Part shown: piece after piece, positions 13,922 through 26,731 of the stretch
Layout: every line of letters starts with the position of its first letter
Numbering within the stretch: the first letter of the stretch is position 1
Assembly: GCA_964016885.1 (NCBI GenBank)
Contig: OZ024742.1
Span: 340,566,001-340,630,000 of the forward strand
Direction: 5' to 3'
From: Eledone cirrhosa
Lineage: Eukaryota
Length of the DNA: 64,000 bases
Program-made: the position numbers and the translations under genes
Notes under the pieces: generated by a model
Databases searched by the model: none
What the model saw: only the letters and a program-made list of their open reading frames with translations
Told to the model about the DNA's origin: nothing

Positions 13922-15835
13922 ATGAACGCTGCGTCCAACGATAATGGTGGTGGAGAGGCGGTAAGACTACAAAGCTCGCAGTCAACAACGTCTTTTTCAC
14001 TAGATACTATAGAGAGGGAAAGACGAAATGAAAATGTAAAAACGAATTCATATTCAAACAACACAAATGACACCAAACAATTCAATGACAACAAAAATAA
14101 CAGCAACACCAATAATGATGATAAAAGCAACAATGATAACAACAACAAAGAAAAAAATAAAGACAACACCAATAACACCAGCATCAAAGACAACAACAAC
14201 ACCAAGGAAAATACGAATAATACCAACATCGGTGACAACAAGAATAACAACAACAATAACAACAATAATGACAACACCAACAACACGGAATCCACAAAGA
14301 AACCAAAAATCTCCTTTGCAGAGAAAGTTCAAAAAAAGGAAGAATTGATATATCTCGACATAACAAATGCTGAACAACTTTTAAAGGACGCTAGGAGATA
14401 TGTCACTTTCGATAAAAATGGTGCTTTCAGCATCAATTCTCCGGTAGAAATTCGCAAGGAAACTGCTCTCAAAACGATAGTTTTTAGGACAGTTTCCAAT
14501 TCTACCCAAAAACCAGGCCAATTGTCACAGAAAGAAATTGAACTGGTTTTCAAAAATTCAATGTATGATGTTGCATTCATTCAAAGAAGCAAACTTTTTG
14601 GGAGTATTTCGGTACTCATGAAGGATCAATTGACGGCCCAAAATTACTCTGTGTCGCCAATTGTATCCAACCTGTACACCTTTTTCCCTACATACATGGG
14701 AAAAAGGACACAAAAGATCAGAATCACGAGTGTCACACCAAAGGTGAACATATGGTGGATACTGTGCTGCTTCATCAATTTTGATGAAGACAGAATACTG
14801 TCAGTAGGCAAGTCCCCCAGAGATGTATTCAATGGGACTAGCATTGAAGTTCTGGTGCAAATGAGCCCAGAGCGAATAGCTATGATCCCACAGCGTGTAC
14901 TCCTGGACGGACTCACGTACATAAACTTTTCGGTTGAGGGTAGGCGGCCTTCATGTTACCATTGCTTTAGCAGGGGCCACCTGAGGGCTTCCTGTCCTAA
15001 ATTAATGAACCAAAAAAAGGCTCTTCTGCCGACACCCATCAAAACAACACAACCACCAACACCACCACAACAACAACACCAACACACAAAAATAAACACA
15101 ACAAACACAGTCCCACCAAACCCCACTCCACCTAAAACCACTGCAAAATCACAGACAGACACAACAGCTCCTGAAGACATACCCCTCCCCAATCACACAG
15201 ACGATACAACAGATGAGGCTATCTCGCCATCACCCAGTGAAGACGAGGGAGAACCCCATCGCTCGAAAAGAAAGAAAAGACATCACAAAAGCAAAAGACC
15301 AGCAAACACTACCACAAACATACAACCACCAACAGAAACAACAAAAACATCACAAACAAAACCCCCACCTCCTGAAAACAAAATACCTACAACAAAACGA
15401 AAGCACACACAAGAACTACAGACAAAAACAAACACAACACAAGAAAATTACACTTACACATACATAAACACTGAAAACAAAACACTAATGGAGACCATCA
15501 CGAATGACCCTTCGGTGAAAACCGAAGGGAAAACTTTCGCCCACTCTATTAAAAATAGCAAAAAACTGAACCTAAAACTGATTAGGGTCCCTATACAAAC
15601 TTATAGGTCCCTAAAAGAAACATTTGAGAAGGATGTGGGGAATTCCTGCGTGAAACCACTCAATCGCGTCCTTCTCAAATGCCTCCCCACCCCAGACACC
15701 CCCATCCCACCAGACCCCACCCCACCAAACATCTGCGTCCCCACCCCGCCGGAAACCACCACCCATCCAGACAACCCCTCCAACATCCCCATGGAAATCG
15801 TGCGGCCTGGTCCCCAGGAGGCGAAGGGTGAGTGA
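13922..15835 (+). CDS. ORF1, 637 aa gag-like nucleic-acid-binding protein (CCHC knuckle), intact
   Basis: Uninterrupted ORF; Asn-rich N-terminus, conserved core, CYHCFSRGHLRASC, Pro/Thr-rich linker, basic patch RSKRKKRHHK, conserved C-terminal block (YTYIN...TEG...VKPLNRVLLK). Confidence 0.9.
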   Translation: MNAASNDNGGGEAVRLQSSQSTTSFSLDTIERERRNENVKTNSYSNNTNDTKQFNDNKNNSNTNNDDKSNNDNNNKEKNKDNTNNTSIKDNNNTKENTNNTNIGDNKNNNNNNNNNDNTNNTESTKKPKISFAEKVQKKEELIYLDITNAEQLLKDARRYVTFDKNGAFSINSPVEIRKETALKTIVFRTVSNSTQKPGQLSQKEIELVFKNSMYDVAFIQRSKLFGSISVLMKDQLTAQNYSVSPIVSNLYTFFPTYMGKRTQKIRITSVTPKVNIWWILCCFINFDEDRILSVGKSPRDVFNGTSIEVLVQMSPERIAMIPQRVLLDGLTYINFSVEGRRPSCYHCFSRGHLRASCPKLMNQKKALLPTPIKTTQPPTPPQQQHQHTKINTTNTVPPNPTPPKTTAKSQTDTTAPEDIPLPNHTDDTTDEAISPSPSEDEGEPHRSKRKKRHHKSKRPANTTTNIQPPTETTKTSQTKPPPPENKIPTTKRKHTQELQTKTNTTQENYTYTYINTENKTLMETITNDPSVKTEGKTFAHSIKNSKKLNLKLIRVPIQTYRSLKETFEKDVGNSCVKPLNRVLLKCLPTPDTPIPPDPTPPNICVPTPPETTTHPDNPSNIPMEIVRPGPQEAKGE

Positions 15836-15866
15836 TCTCTTCCTCTTTTAACTTTTCAGCACCAAC

Positions 15867-18800
15867 ATGGCCAATATAAGAGTTGGATGTGTGAACGTAC
15901 GCGGCCTGGGGATGCCCTGGAAACAGGGCAAACTCTTAAACGACCTCAGGTCGCACAGTTTGGATGTGGTAGCCATTTGCGAGCCCAGGATCCACGGCGA
16001 GCGACAGCTGGCCCCCATCTTCGATGACTTTGAGATCTACGCATCTCTCTGTCAACCGGGGGGTGGGGGCGGAGTTGCCGTTTTACTGCGGAAACACCTG
16101 AGCCTCGTAACACAGACGGTACATCTGGACCCGGAGGGTCGACTGGTGGTCCTAGACGTTGACGGTAGTGAAGGTGGAGCGTTCAGGCTGGTGGCCCCAT
16201 ATGCCCCATCCGGGACACCGCGGCCAGACTTCTTCAAACGTCTAGAGACTTTTCTGGGAACGTCCCGCTCCTTGCTTTTAGTGGGGGACTGGAATGGAAT
16301 GCTAGATGCACGTTGGGACTATGTGGGAGCATGTCCCGATAAAGGGGGGGGGGGTGTAACAGCCTCAAACAGTTAATCGACCGATTTGACCTGGCCGATA
16401 GATATCGACTAGATTTTCCGACTGCGCCACTGTGGACGTGGAGTAATCGTAGCGGAACATCTAGATCGTACCTAGATAGGGTTCTAGTTAGAAATAAGGA
16501 TAGGGACATGTTAAGCTGTCCACAAATGTTCATGGTTGCCTATTCAGATCACAAACTAGTGACCTGCATGGCCAACCTTGATAGAACCCATAGACAAGGA
16601 CCCGGCTACTGGAAGCTGAACTTGTTGTTACCGACAAGCAAAGCCTACAGTAGACGGATTAGCACTTTAGTTAAACAGCACTTGACAGGGGCCATTGTCA
16701 ACAACAGATGGTGGTACTCTCTCAAGAGGGCAGTTAGATTAGACTCGATAGTTTTTAGTAAAGAATTAGCGTTAGATAGAAATAGAACCGAGAAGGAACT
16801 GGTAGATAAAGTAGAAGAGGCAATTAGAAGTGGCAACGTAGCCAGCGTGCTAGCAACGAGAACGGCCTTGGACCAGTTCTTCGACGCAAAGCACGAGGGC
16901 TGCGTTGTCAGAAGCAAAATACGTGCTCTGGGAAATGAGGGAGCCAAAGCTGTTAGCTGGGCCCGAGTGACGGAGGCAAAAAGTGGCAACAAGTCCACGA
17001 TTCGGTCTTTGAAGGACCAAAACGGACGCGTGATACGTGAGCCGAAGCAGATGTGTGCGGCTTTTCAGCGGCACTTTGCTCGGCTGTTCGGGGGGGGGGG
17101 GGGGCGGCGCGTCGGGAGAGGCTATGGATTTCGGTCCATACCTCGACGGCCTACCGCGACTCTCGGACAGCGAGGCGAAGTTCTGCGAAAAGCCGATTTC
17201 AGCCACTGAGATAGGGGACGCGCTGAGCCAATGCGGCAAACGCAAATCTCCAGGTCTCGACGGTCTACCCTACAAATTTTGCGTAGCAATGCCGGACTTA
17301 TTCTCCGGTCTCCTGGAAGCGGTCTACTGCAACTGGCAACAGAACGGGAGAATTCCCAGTTCTGTAACCGGGGGCGTGGTCACACTAATCAGGAAGGACG
17401 AGAATAAGGGGGATGACATAGGCAACTTCCGGCCCATAACTCTGCTAAACACAGAGTTACAGATTTTGGCCAAGGTGTTGGCAAAGAGGTTGGCGCTTGT
17501 CGTCGAGAACCTGGTGGGAGAAGCGCAGACATGGGCGATCCCGACCAGGTCCATACACGACAACCTCCACCTCATGCGATACATCATAGAGAGGGTAGGG
17601 TGTAAACCCGGCTTCGGTGGGGCCCTGATCAACTTGAATCAGTCTAAGGCTTTCGATAGGGTTGACCATCGTTACCTGGATGCGGTGCTCGAGGCGGCAG
17701 GCTTCGGACCCGTGTTCAGGGGCTGGATTGCTGCAATGCACAACAGCAACATCTGCTCAAGGGTCAAGGTGAACGGTTACCTCTCGGAGCCGTTCCATAT
17801 TACGCGATCCATTCGACAGGGATGCCCTCTCTCCTCCCTTCTGTACGTACTGACTCTCGAGCCACTACTGCGGTAGCTGGAGCTATTGCAGGGCATCCCT
17901 CTGGAACAGGGACTGCGGAAAGCGGCGTCGGCCTACGCCGACGACGTGACAGTAATGGTGTCGAGCGCCTCGCAAATCGAGGAAGTCGGCACCTTACTAA
18001 AGGAATACGAAAGTCTCACAGGAGCGAAGCTGAACCGGGACAAGTCCATCGGTTTGCAACTCGGATTGTGGAGAGGCAGACCGATGCCTTCCGATGGCGT
18101 CGTCGCACGCTGGACGGAAGGACCGGTAAAGCTGCTCGGGGTCTGGTTTGGTCCGGACCTCCAGGTGGAGAAGAACTGGAACGAAGTGACGGCCAAGGTG
18201 TTTGCAATCACCCAGAAGTGGGCCAAGTGCAAACTATCCTTGAAAGGTCGAGCGGAGGTGGCGAACACTTTTATAGCGTCCGCCATCTACTACCGCTTGA
18301 CCGTCGTGCCTTGTCCAGCCAAAACGCTCGCCAAAATTGAGCGCGCGCTCTTCCAATTCCTTTGGAAGAGGCGGGCTCCTTTGGTGAGAAGATCCATCTG
18401 CTGCCAACACCCTTCTAACGGAGGGCTGGGGATGCCGTGGTTGACGATGCGCAAACACGCGCTCAGGCTGCGGCACCTCTACGTATTCCTCACCGGACAA
18501 CCGGTGTGGGCCCCGTTCGTGAGGCGAGCCTTCCCACGACTCGTCTCGCTGACCGAGCTGCAGTCCTGGGTCAAGCATAGACCGAGGAAAATGGGCGACT
18601 GGCACATCGAATGTGCTCAGGCGCTCACAGCCCTCTGGCAGGCGGACCCGGTGATCAGTGGAGACTCCACTTCGTCATTCTATAGAGGGTTGGTCCGCAG
18701 CAAGTGCGACGACGCGCTCGGTGAAACTCTAGGCGTAGAGGAAGATGAACTGGCCAGTCTGTTCGGTAGGACCTTCCGCCCGGGACCGATGGACAACTTC

Positions 18801-19316
18801 CAAAAGTCCCTGGCCTGGCAGTGCTACCGAGGAGCTCTACCAGTTCGAGACAAGCTCTACAGACATGGGCGCCCGGGCAGGGACCCTGCAAAACAGATCT
18901 GTCCGAGGTGCGTGCGAGACAAAGAAACCATCGCGCACGCATTCATACACTGCCCGGGCGTCACTGACCTGTGGGGCTATGTAGAACGACTATTGTCGCG
19001 GGTGGGACCAATCCAGTTGACCACCGAGTCCATTGTCATGATCAAACCGCCACCCTCCTTCAAAAACGAAGGAGAGGCGGTTTTCTTTTGTGTGATAGCT
19101 ATGGCGAAAGAGGTTGTATGGTGGACAAGGTTGAAAGGGCTGAGGTCAGACACCTTTCTCTCCGGCCAACAACTGATTCTTTTTTTCAAATACCACTTTG
19201 GAAGAAGAATCAGGATGGAGAGAGAGGTGCTGTACCCCAGCAAGTTTTATGAAATGTGGGTGAAAGTGGCGAGAATGGCCCGAGTGAATGGGCCTTCTCT
19301 CTATATCAGCCTGTAG
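15867..19316 (+). pseudogene. ORF2 APE endonuclease-RT-Zn finger of copy 2 (two G-run frameshifts, one stop)
   Basis: NVRGL, GDWN, YLDR, YSDH, KSPGLDG, RQGCPLS, AYADD, CPRC...ETIAHAFIHC; breaks near 16350 and 17095 (G homopolymers) and TAG at 17874-17876. Confidence 0.93.
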
Positions 19317-19451
19317 GTTGTGGAAAAGGAGGAGGAGAGGAAAGGAGTACAAGCTCTTCGTACTCCTGGAGATGAGGGTTGCACATTTTTTTTCGGGGGT
19401 ATGTGTTACCCATATAAACTGTCTCCCTCTATTGGGGAAAATCGACTAACT

Positions 19452-19553
19452 TTTAAATTCCATCTGTGATAACATTTTACACGTTTTTATTGTATGTAAA
19501 CTTCCCCCTTTGTATTTGTCCCCTTCTTTTGTGCCCCTGTGGCTAATAAAGAA

Positions 19554-19603
<50 letters not shown>

Positions 19604-19704
19604 TTAAATTCCATCTGTGATAACATTTTACACGTTTTTATTGTATGTAAACTTCCCCCTTTGTATTTGTCCCCTTCTTTTGTGCCCCTGTGGCTAATAA
19701 AGAA

Positions 19705-19754
<50 letters not shown>

Positions 19755-19873
19755 TTAAATTCCATCTGTGATAACATTTTACACGTTTTTATTGTATGTA
19801 AACTTCCCCCTTTGTATTTGTCCCCTTCTTTTGTGCCCCTGTGGCTAATAAAGAAATATATCTATCTCTATAT
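19452..19873 (+). repeat. Triplicated Tx1 3' end, 151-bp period including (TCTA)n
   Basis: TTTAAATTCCATCTG...GGCTAATAAAGAAA starts at 19452, 19603 and 19754. Confidence 0.92.
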
Positions 19874-19985
19874 ATATATATATGATGGCCAGAAGATCAC
19901 CGATAATTTATAGTCCTGGCTTCTAGCTCTACTTTTTAATTCATATGTATCACATTCGCAACAACGCAGCACGCCATTTTTCATT

Positions 19986-20035
<50 letters not shown>

Positions 20036-20215
20036 GTCTAAGCCATGCTAGCGTGGAAGATCGACGTTAAACGATGATGATATATATGTATGTCTGTGTG
20101 TATGTGTATATATATGTGTGTGTGTATACATTCATACATACACAGGTAAATGGCCACATGCGTGGCTGCCTCCTTGATATTTGCAGCATCATTCGTCCAT
20201 GTATATATACATATA

Positions 20216-20263
<48 letters not shown>

Positions 20264-20282
20264 ATATATATGTATATATTGT

Positions 20283-20660
20283 TATACTTTGGGAGGGTCA
20301 TGCTGCCAATAAAAACACACGCACCTGTTGATTTCCACTTCAATATATTATAAATTTACACTTGGCTGGTTGGTTCGATGACCGGATCGTTGTTTATATA
20401 TTGTCAAATCTCTTTCGTCACACGTTCTGTGACCTCCTCAGTTTTTATTTTTTGTCTCTCCTACACTATCTTGAGATACAAAATAAAAACCCAGTCACTG
20501 AGGCGGTCACAGAATGTGTGGCGAAAGAACTTTGACAATATATAAACAACCTTCCGGTTATGGAACCTACCAACCAACCAACCGGAAATATATAATAAAT
20601 TGAAGTGAAAACCAACAGGTGTGTGTGTTTTTATTGGCAACATGACCCTCGCAAAGTATA
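20283..20660. repeat. Imperfect inverted repeat (arms about 180 bp) with a hammerhead-like motif in each arm; Penelope-like terminal remnant
   Basis: Arms about 20283-20458 and 20473-20660. Plus strand 20494-20536: gtca-CTGAGGC-ggtcaca..tgtggc-GAAA-gaactt-tgac. Minus strand 20403-20441: CTGAGGA-ggtcaca..tgtgac-GAAA. Confidence 0.7.
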
Positions 20661-20726
20661 CTAACATCTATTTCAACACACGTTTTCATATAAGAAATCT
20701 AGCAAGACAAATTCAAAAAGAAAGTA

Positions 20727-20792
<66 letters not shown>

Positions 20793-20823
20793 TATATATA
20801 GATATATATATATACATATATAT

Positions 20824-20917
<94 letters not shown>

Positions 20918-20960
20918 GAAAATAAACCAAAGAAGCCTTCAATACATCAAAAGTCTTTAT

Positions 20961-21002
20961 TAGCCAACAATGTTTCGTCCTATTGAGGACACATCAGGGC
21001 AA
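20961..21002 (-). ncRNA. Minimal type I hammerhead-like motif (CUGAUGU core variant)
   Basis: Minus strand: gcc-CTGATGT-gtcct caat aggac-GAAA-cattg-TT-ggc. Confidence 0.5.
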
Positions 21003-21078
21003 GTAAAGCTATAAGAAGCACTATCGGCCAATACAAGCAAAAAACTGTTTAACTCCAACACACTCTAGTATTTTAATT

Positions 21079-21118
<40 letters not shown>

Positions 21119-21363
21119 TATATATAGAAATATAGATAGATAGATATATTTCTTTATTTACCATGAAGGCATAAAAAGAAGGGACAAATACAAAGGGGGA
21201 GTTTACATATAATCGAGTAAAAAGGGTGTAACATGAAAATAATCGAAAATAACCTCAAAAGGGAGGGGACGTGATGGGGGTTGCACACACCCCCGAAAAA
21301 GTGTGCAATCCTTTGCCCGGGGAGCACATGGAGAAGGTGCTCCCCTCTCCTTTACTTCTTTAC

Positions 21364-24300
21364 CTACAGGATGGTATACAGAGAAGGCCCATTTACACGA
21401 GCCATTCTTGCCACTATCACCCACCTTTCATAAAACTGCCTGTGGCCAAGCACCTCTCTCTCCATTCTTATCCTTCTTCCGAAGTGATATCGGAAGAAGT
21501 AGACCAGACTATGGCCAGAGAGGAAGTTGCCTGACCTCAGACCTTTCAATCGTGTCCACCAAACAACCTCTTTCAACATGGCTATTACGCACAGAAAAAC
21601 CGCCTTTGCTTCCTTTGTGAAGAGGGGAGGCGGTTTGATTGTCATCACGGACTCGGCGGTCAATTTAATCGGCGCCACCCGCGACAGCAGTCGTTCGGCG
21701 TAGCCCCACAGATCAGCCACGCCCGGACATTGCACCAATGCGTGCGCAACGGTTTCTTCGTGACGCACGCATCTAGGGCAAATCTTTTTTGAGGGATCCT
21801 TGCCCGGGCGCCCGTGTCTGTAGAGCCTCTCTCGAACGGGTAGAGCCCCCCGGTAGCACTGCCAGGCCAGTGACTTCTGGAAGTTGTCCATTGGTCCTGG
21901 GGCGAAAGTCCTACCGAACAGGCTGGCCAGTTCGTCTTCTTCCATGTCCAGCGACTCTCCAAGGGTGTCATCGCCCCTGCTAGCCACCAGCCCTCTATAG
22001 ATTGATGAGTTGGATTCTCCACCGATGGCCTGGCCCGCTTGCCAGAGAGCCCTGAGCGCCTGAGCACACTCAGTGTGCCAGTCTCCCAGTTTTCCGGATC
22101 TTTGCTTGACCCAGGACTGTAGCTCGGTGAGCGAGACGAGTCTCGGAAAGGCTCGTTTCACGAACGGAGCCCACACCGGTTGACCAGTGAGGAATACCTG
22201 TAGGTGCCGTAGCCTTAATGCGTGCCTACGCATCATCAACCATGGCATCCCCAGCCCTCCTTTCGAAGGTTGTTGGCAGCAGATGGATCTTCTCACCATA
22301 GGAGGGCGCTTCTTCCAAAGAAATTGGAAGAGCATGCGTTCCATGGTGGTGAGTGTTTCCTTAGGGCGAGGCACGACAGTCAGGCGGTAGTAGGTGACGG
22401 ACGCTATGTAAATGTTCGCCACCTCCGCCCGCCCTTTTAGGGACAGCTTACACTTGGCCCATTTCTGGGTTAGTGCAAACACCTTGTTCGTAACCTCGTT
22501 CCAGTTCTTTTCCACCTGGAGGTCCGGTCCAAACCAGACCCCAAGCAACTTTACCGGGCCCTCCGTCCAGTGTCCGACGACACCGTCAGGAGGCATCGGT
22601 CTGCCTCTCCACGTTCCGAGTTGCAGCCCGATGGATTTTTCCCGGTTCAGTTTCGCTCCTGACAACCTTTCGTAATCCTCCAGTAAGGTACCGATCGCCT
22701 CGATCTCCGAGTCGGTCGATACCATTACTGTTACGTCATCGGCGTAGGCCGACACCGCCTTGCTCAATCCTGGTTGCAGGGGGATACCCTGCAACAACTC
22801 CAACTTCCTCAGTAAAGGCTCGAGAGTCAATACGTACAGAAGTGAGGAGAGAGGGCACCCCTGTCGAATGGATCGTGTGATTTCGAACGGCTTCGAAAGG
22901 TAGCCGTTCACCTTGATCCTAGAACAGATGTGGTTGCTATGTAAGGCAGTGATCCAGCCTCTGAAAACAGGACCGAACCCAGCCGCCGCTAGCACCGCAT
23001 TCAGGTAACGATGGTCGACCCTATCGAAGGCCTTAGACTGATCCAAGTTGATCAGGGCCCCACCGAAGCCGGGTTTGTTGCCAACCCTCTCTATGATGTA
23101 TCGCATGAGGTGGAGGTTATCGTGAATGGACCTGGATGGGATAACACATGTCTGCGCATCTCCCACCAGGCCACCCACGACAAGCGCCAACCTCTTTGCT
23201 AACACCTTGTCCAAAATCTTTAACTCTGTGTTTAGCAGGGTTATGGGCCGAAAATTATTTATACTATCTCCCTTGTTCTCGTCCTTCCTCACCAGCGTGA
23301 CTACGCCCTTGGCTACAGAACAAGGAATTCTCCCGTTCTGCTGCCAATTGCAGTAGACCGCTTCGAGGAGTTCGGAGAAGAAGACCGGCATTGCTAAATA
23401 AAGTTCGTAAGGTATACCATCGAGACCTGGAGATTTGCGTCTGCTGCATTGGCTCAGCGTATCTCCGATCTCATCAGCCGAGATTGGTCCCTCGCAGGAC
23501 TCTGCCTCTTCGCTCGAGAGACGCGGCAGGCCGTCGAGGTATGGACCGAAATCCACGCCCCCGCCCGGACCCTCGCCTCCCCCGAACAATCGGGCAAAGT
23601 GCCTTTGAAAGGCCTCGCACATCTGCTTAGGCTCCCGGATCACCCGTCCATCTTCGTCTTGCAACGACCGGATGGAGGATCGATTTCCACTCTTAGCTTC
23701 TGTCAGGCGGGCCCAGCCAACGGCTTTGGCCCCCTCATTACCTAGAGCACGTATTTTACTTCGAATGACGCAGCCTTCGTGCTTTGCATCGAAAAACTGG
23801 TTCAAGGCCGTCCTCGATGCCAGCACTATGGCCACATCTTCGCTCTTGATTGCCTCTTCTAATTTACCTGTTAATTCTTTCTCGTTTCTATTCCTATCGG
23901 CAGCTAACATCTTGCTATAACTTATTGATTCTGTTCTAATCTCTCTTTTGAGAGATACCCACCATCGGTTGTTGACGATTGCACCCGTCAACCTCTCCTT
24001 AGCTAATCTGCTAATCCGGTTTCTGTAAGTCTCTTTTGCCGGTAAAGACAAATTAAGTTTCCAGTAACCGGGACCCTGTTTATGTGTTTTCTCGAGATTG
24101 ACTACGCAGGTCACTAATTTGTGATCCGTGTAGCCAACCATGCGCATTTCTGGACAGCTTAATATGTCCCTATCCTTACTTCTAACTAAGAATCTATCTA
24201 AGTACGATCTAGATTGACCACTGTGGTTTCTCCAAGTCCAGGTAGGCACAGTTGGAAAATCTAGTCGATATCTATCGACCAAGTTCAAACGGTCGAGTAA

Positions 24301-24800
24301 CCCCTTGAGGCTGTTACACCCCCTCTATTAGGACATGCTCCTGCATAGTCCCAACGTGCATCTAGGATGTCATTCCAATCCCCCGCTAGAAGCAGGGAAC
24401 GCGACGTTCTCAGAAAAGTCTCCAAACGCTGGAAGAAGTCGGGCCGTTCAGCTCCGAAAGGGGAGTAGACGGCGACCAGTCTCAAGGCCGCACTTTCACT
24501 ACTGCCAACGTCTAACACCAAAAAACGACCCTCCGGGTCCGAGTGCACAACCTGTACGGCAAGACCCAGGTGTTTTTGCAGCAGTACGACAAACCCACCC
24601 CCACCTCCAGGTTGACAGAGAGATGCATGCACCTCAAAGTCATCGAAGGTGGGGGCCAGCTGCCGCACGACGCTGATTCGAGTCTCACAGATAACCATTA
24701 CATTTATACTACATGACCTGAGGTCATTTAGAAGCTTTGCTTGCTTCCAATTTGAGCCCAGGCCACGTGCATTCAAACATCCTACTCTTAACACATCCAT
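21364..24800 (-). pseudogene. ORF2 APE-RT-Zn finger of copy 3 (single frameshift)
   Basis: 171-aa and 974-aa ORFs join at a G run near 24320 (G5 versus G6 in copy 4); AYADD and CPRC...H...C intact. Confidence 0.92.
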
Positions 24801-24833
24801 GTGGGCGGCAGAGCCAAAGGAGAGTGTAGAGAC

Positions 24834-26731
24834 CTACCTTTCCGCTTCCCGGGGTTCGGGTTGCACGACTTCCATGGGGTCGGGGGTGTTGGGTGAAGGG
24901 GTGTCTTGTGGTGGTGTGGGGTCGTCAGTGTGTGGTGGGGTTGGGGTGTTTGGAGTTGTGTTGGGGAGGGGAAGGGGATGGGGAAAGCTTTTTAGTAGGA
25001 CGCGGTTTATGGGTTTGACAGAGGGTGGTCCTACGTCCTCCTTAAAATCCTTTTTTAGTTTTTGGTAGAGGTTCATTGGGATCTTTATTAATTTTAAATG
25101 TGGGTAGTTTTCTGAAGAAACAAAGTTTACACCTTCGGTTTGTACCGAAGGATTATTGTATATGAGTTCATTTAATTTATTATTGTTTCTGTTGATGTAA
25201 GTATAGTGTAATGTCTTTTTTTCGGATGGTGTGAGTGTTTCGAAGAGGGGAGGGGCCGGTTTGGTTTTGTTTGTTGCTGGAGGGGTGTTTTCTGTTTTGT
25301 TGGATTGTGTTGACATTTGGGTGGGGGTTGTTTGGCCTTGTGTGTTTTGCACATGTTTTCTTTTTTTCTTTTTAATCTGTCTGAAGGACTCCGTTTCTTC
25401 CTCCGAATTCGTTGGGTTATCTTCAGTGTTGGAGGGAAGAGGTATGTTTGCTGGTAATGTTCCGTGTTGGTTTTCTTTGTGGGGGAGATGGATGTCACTA
25501 TGTTAGACTGTGTTGTGTGTTGTGTCTGCGGTGGTTGTGTTGTTTTATTGAGTGAGAGGTTGGGTGGGCCTGTATTTTGTTTTGGGGTAATGTGTTGTGA
25601 CTGTTTGTGTTGTGGTGGTGGTGTGGTTTTACTGAGGGACGGGTTGGGTGGGACTGAGTTTTGTTGTTTGTTTATCTGTTGTGGTGGTGGTGGTGGAGCT
25701 GGTGTTGGTAGCAGGGTTTTCTTTTTGTTGAGTTGGGGACAAGCGGCCTTCAGGTGCCCTCTGCCTGCACAGATATGGCAAGACGGCCTTCTCCCCTCCA
25801 CGCTAATGTTTATATACCCGTGGCCCTCTAATAGGATTCTGTCGGGTATTTGGGCGATGCGTTCAGGCTTCATTTGCACTACCAGCTCTATACCTGTTCC
25901 ACTGAACGCATTGCCTGTGGTTTTCCCAATGGAAATCACGTTGTCATTCACTGGATCGATGAAGCCAGCTATGAGCCAGCAGTAGTACACATCTGGCATC
26001 ATTGCATCCAGCCATATGCGTTGAGTTCTTTTCCCCATATAAGATGGATAAAAGGTAAAATTTTTCGAACGAATCGGTGACAAAGCACATTTTTTTGCCG
26101 CCGATTCGTTCTTCATGATAATTGCTAGGCTTCCATACAGTCTGTCTTTTCTTATGAAAGTGGTTTCATTAAGTACTTCTGTGAGTACTGTTTTGATATC
26201 TGCTTGAGAAGGCTGTTCAGGTTTTTTTGTGCTGTTGTTGATGGTGCGGAACTTGACCGTTCGGCTTTCAATGTCTTTGGTGAATTCTTGAGGCATTTTT
26301 ACCGATAAAATACCATTCTCTCCTTCACTTATGTATTGTTTGGCGTCTGTGATTCTTCGTGCCACATCTGAAATATTTTCCGGTATATAAGTCAAAGATT
26401 TCTTTGTTGTCTGTGCAAATGAAATCTTGTCGTGTGCTTTGCTTTCTGTTATGGTGTTATTTTCAAATGTTATTTTTGTGTTTGTTGTGTCTTTGTTTGT
26501 GTTATTAGTATTGTCATGCAATTTTTCAAATTTTTTTTTTTCGTTGTTGGAATCCATGTCCAGATTTGTGTTTTCGTCATTTTTTTTCTCCGCAGATTCG
26601 TCTGTTTTTATTTTTATTTTTCCTTCCTTCTCTATGACGTTAGTTGGGAAGGAAGGGGGGACTAAAGCGTGCGAGCTTACAACTCTTACCGCTGTCCCCC
26701 CACCACTATTTTCGTTCGCTGCGTTTAACAT
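24834..26731 (-). pseudogene. ORF1 of copy 3 (single frameshift)
   Basis: MLNAANENSGGGTAV matches copy 2 MNAASNDNGGGEAV; CHICAGRGHLKAAC; frame changes in the Pro/Thr linker and continues in ORF 24834-25352. Confidence 0.88.

Larger units (their letters stand above)
13704..19554 (+). mobile_element. Tx1/L1-type retrotransposon copy 2, full length
   Basis: 5'UTR homologous to copy 3, intact ORF1, near-intact ORF2, 3'UTR ending AATAAAGAAA-(TCTA)n. Confidence 0.95.
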
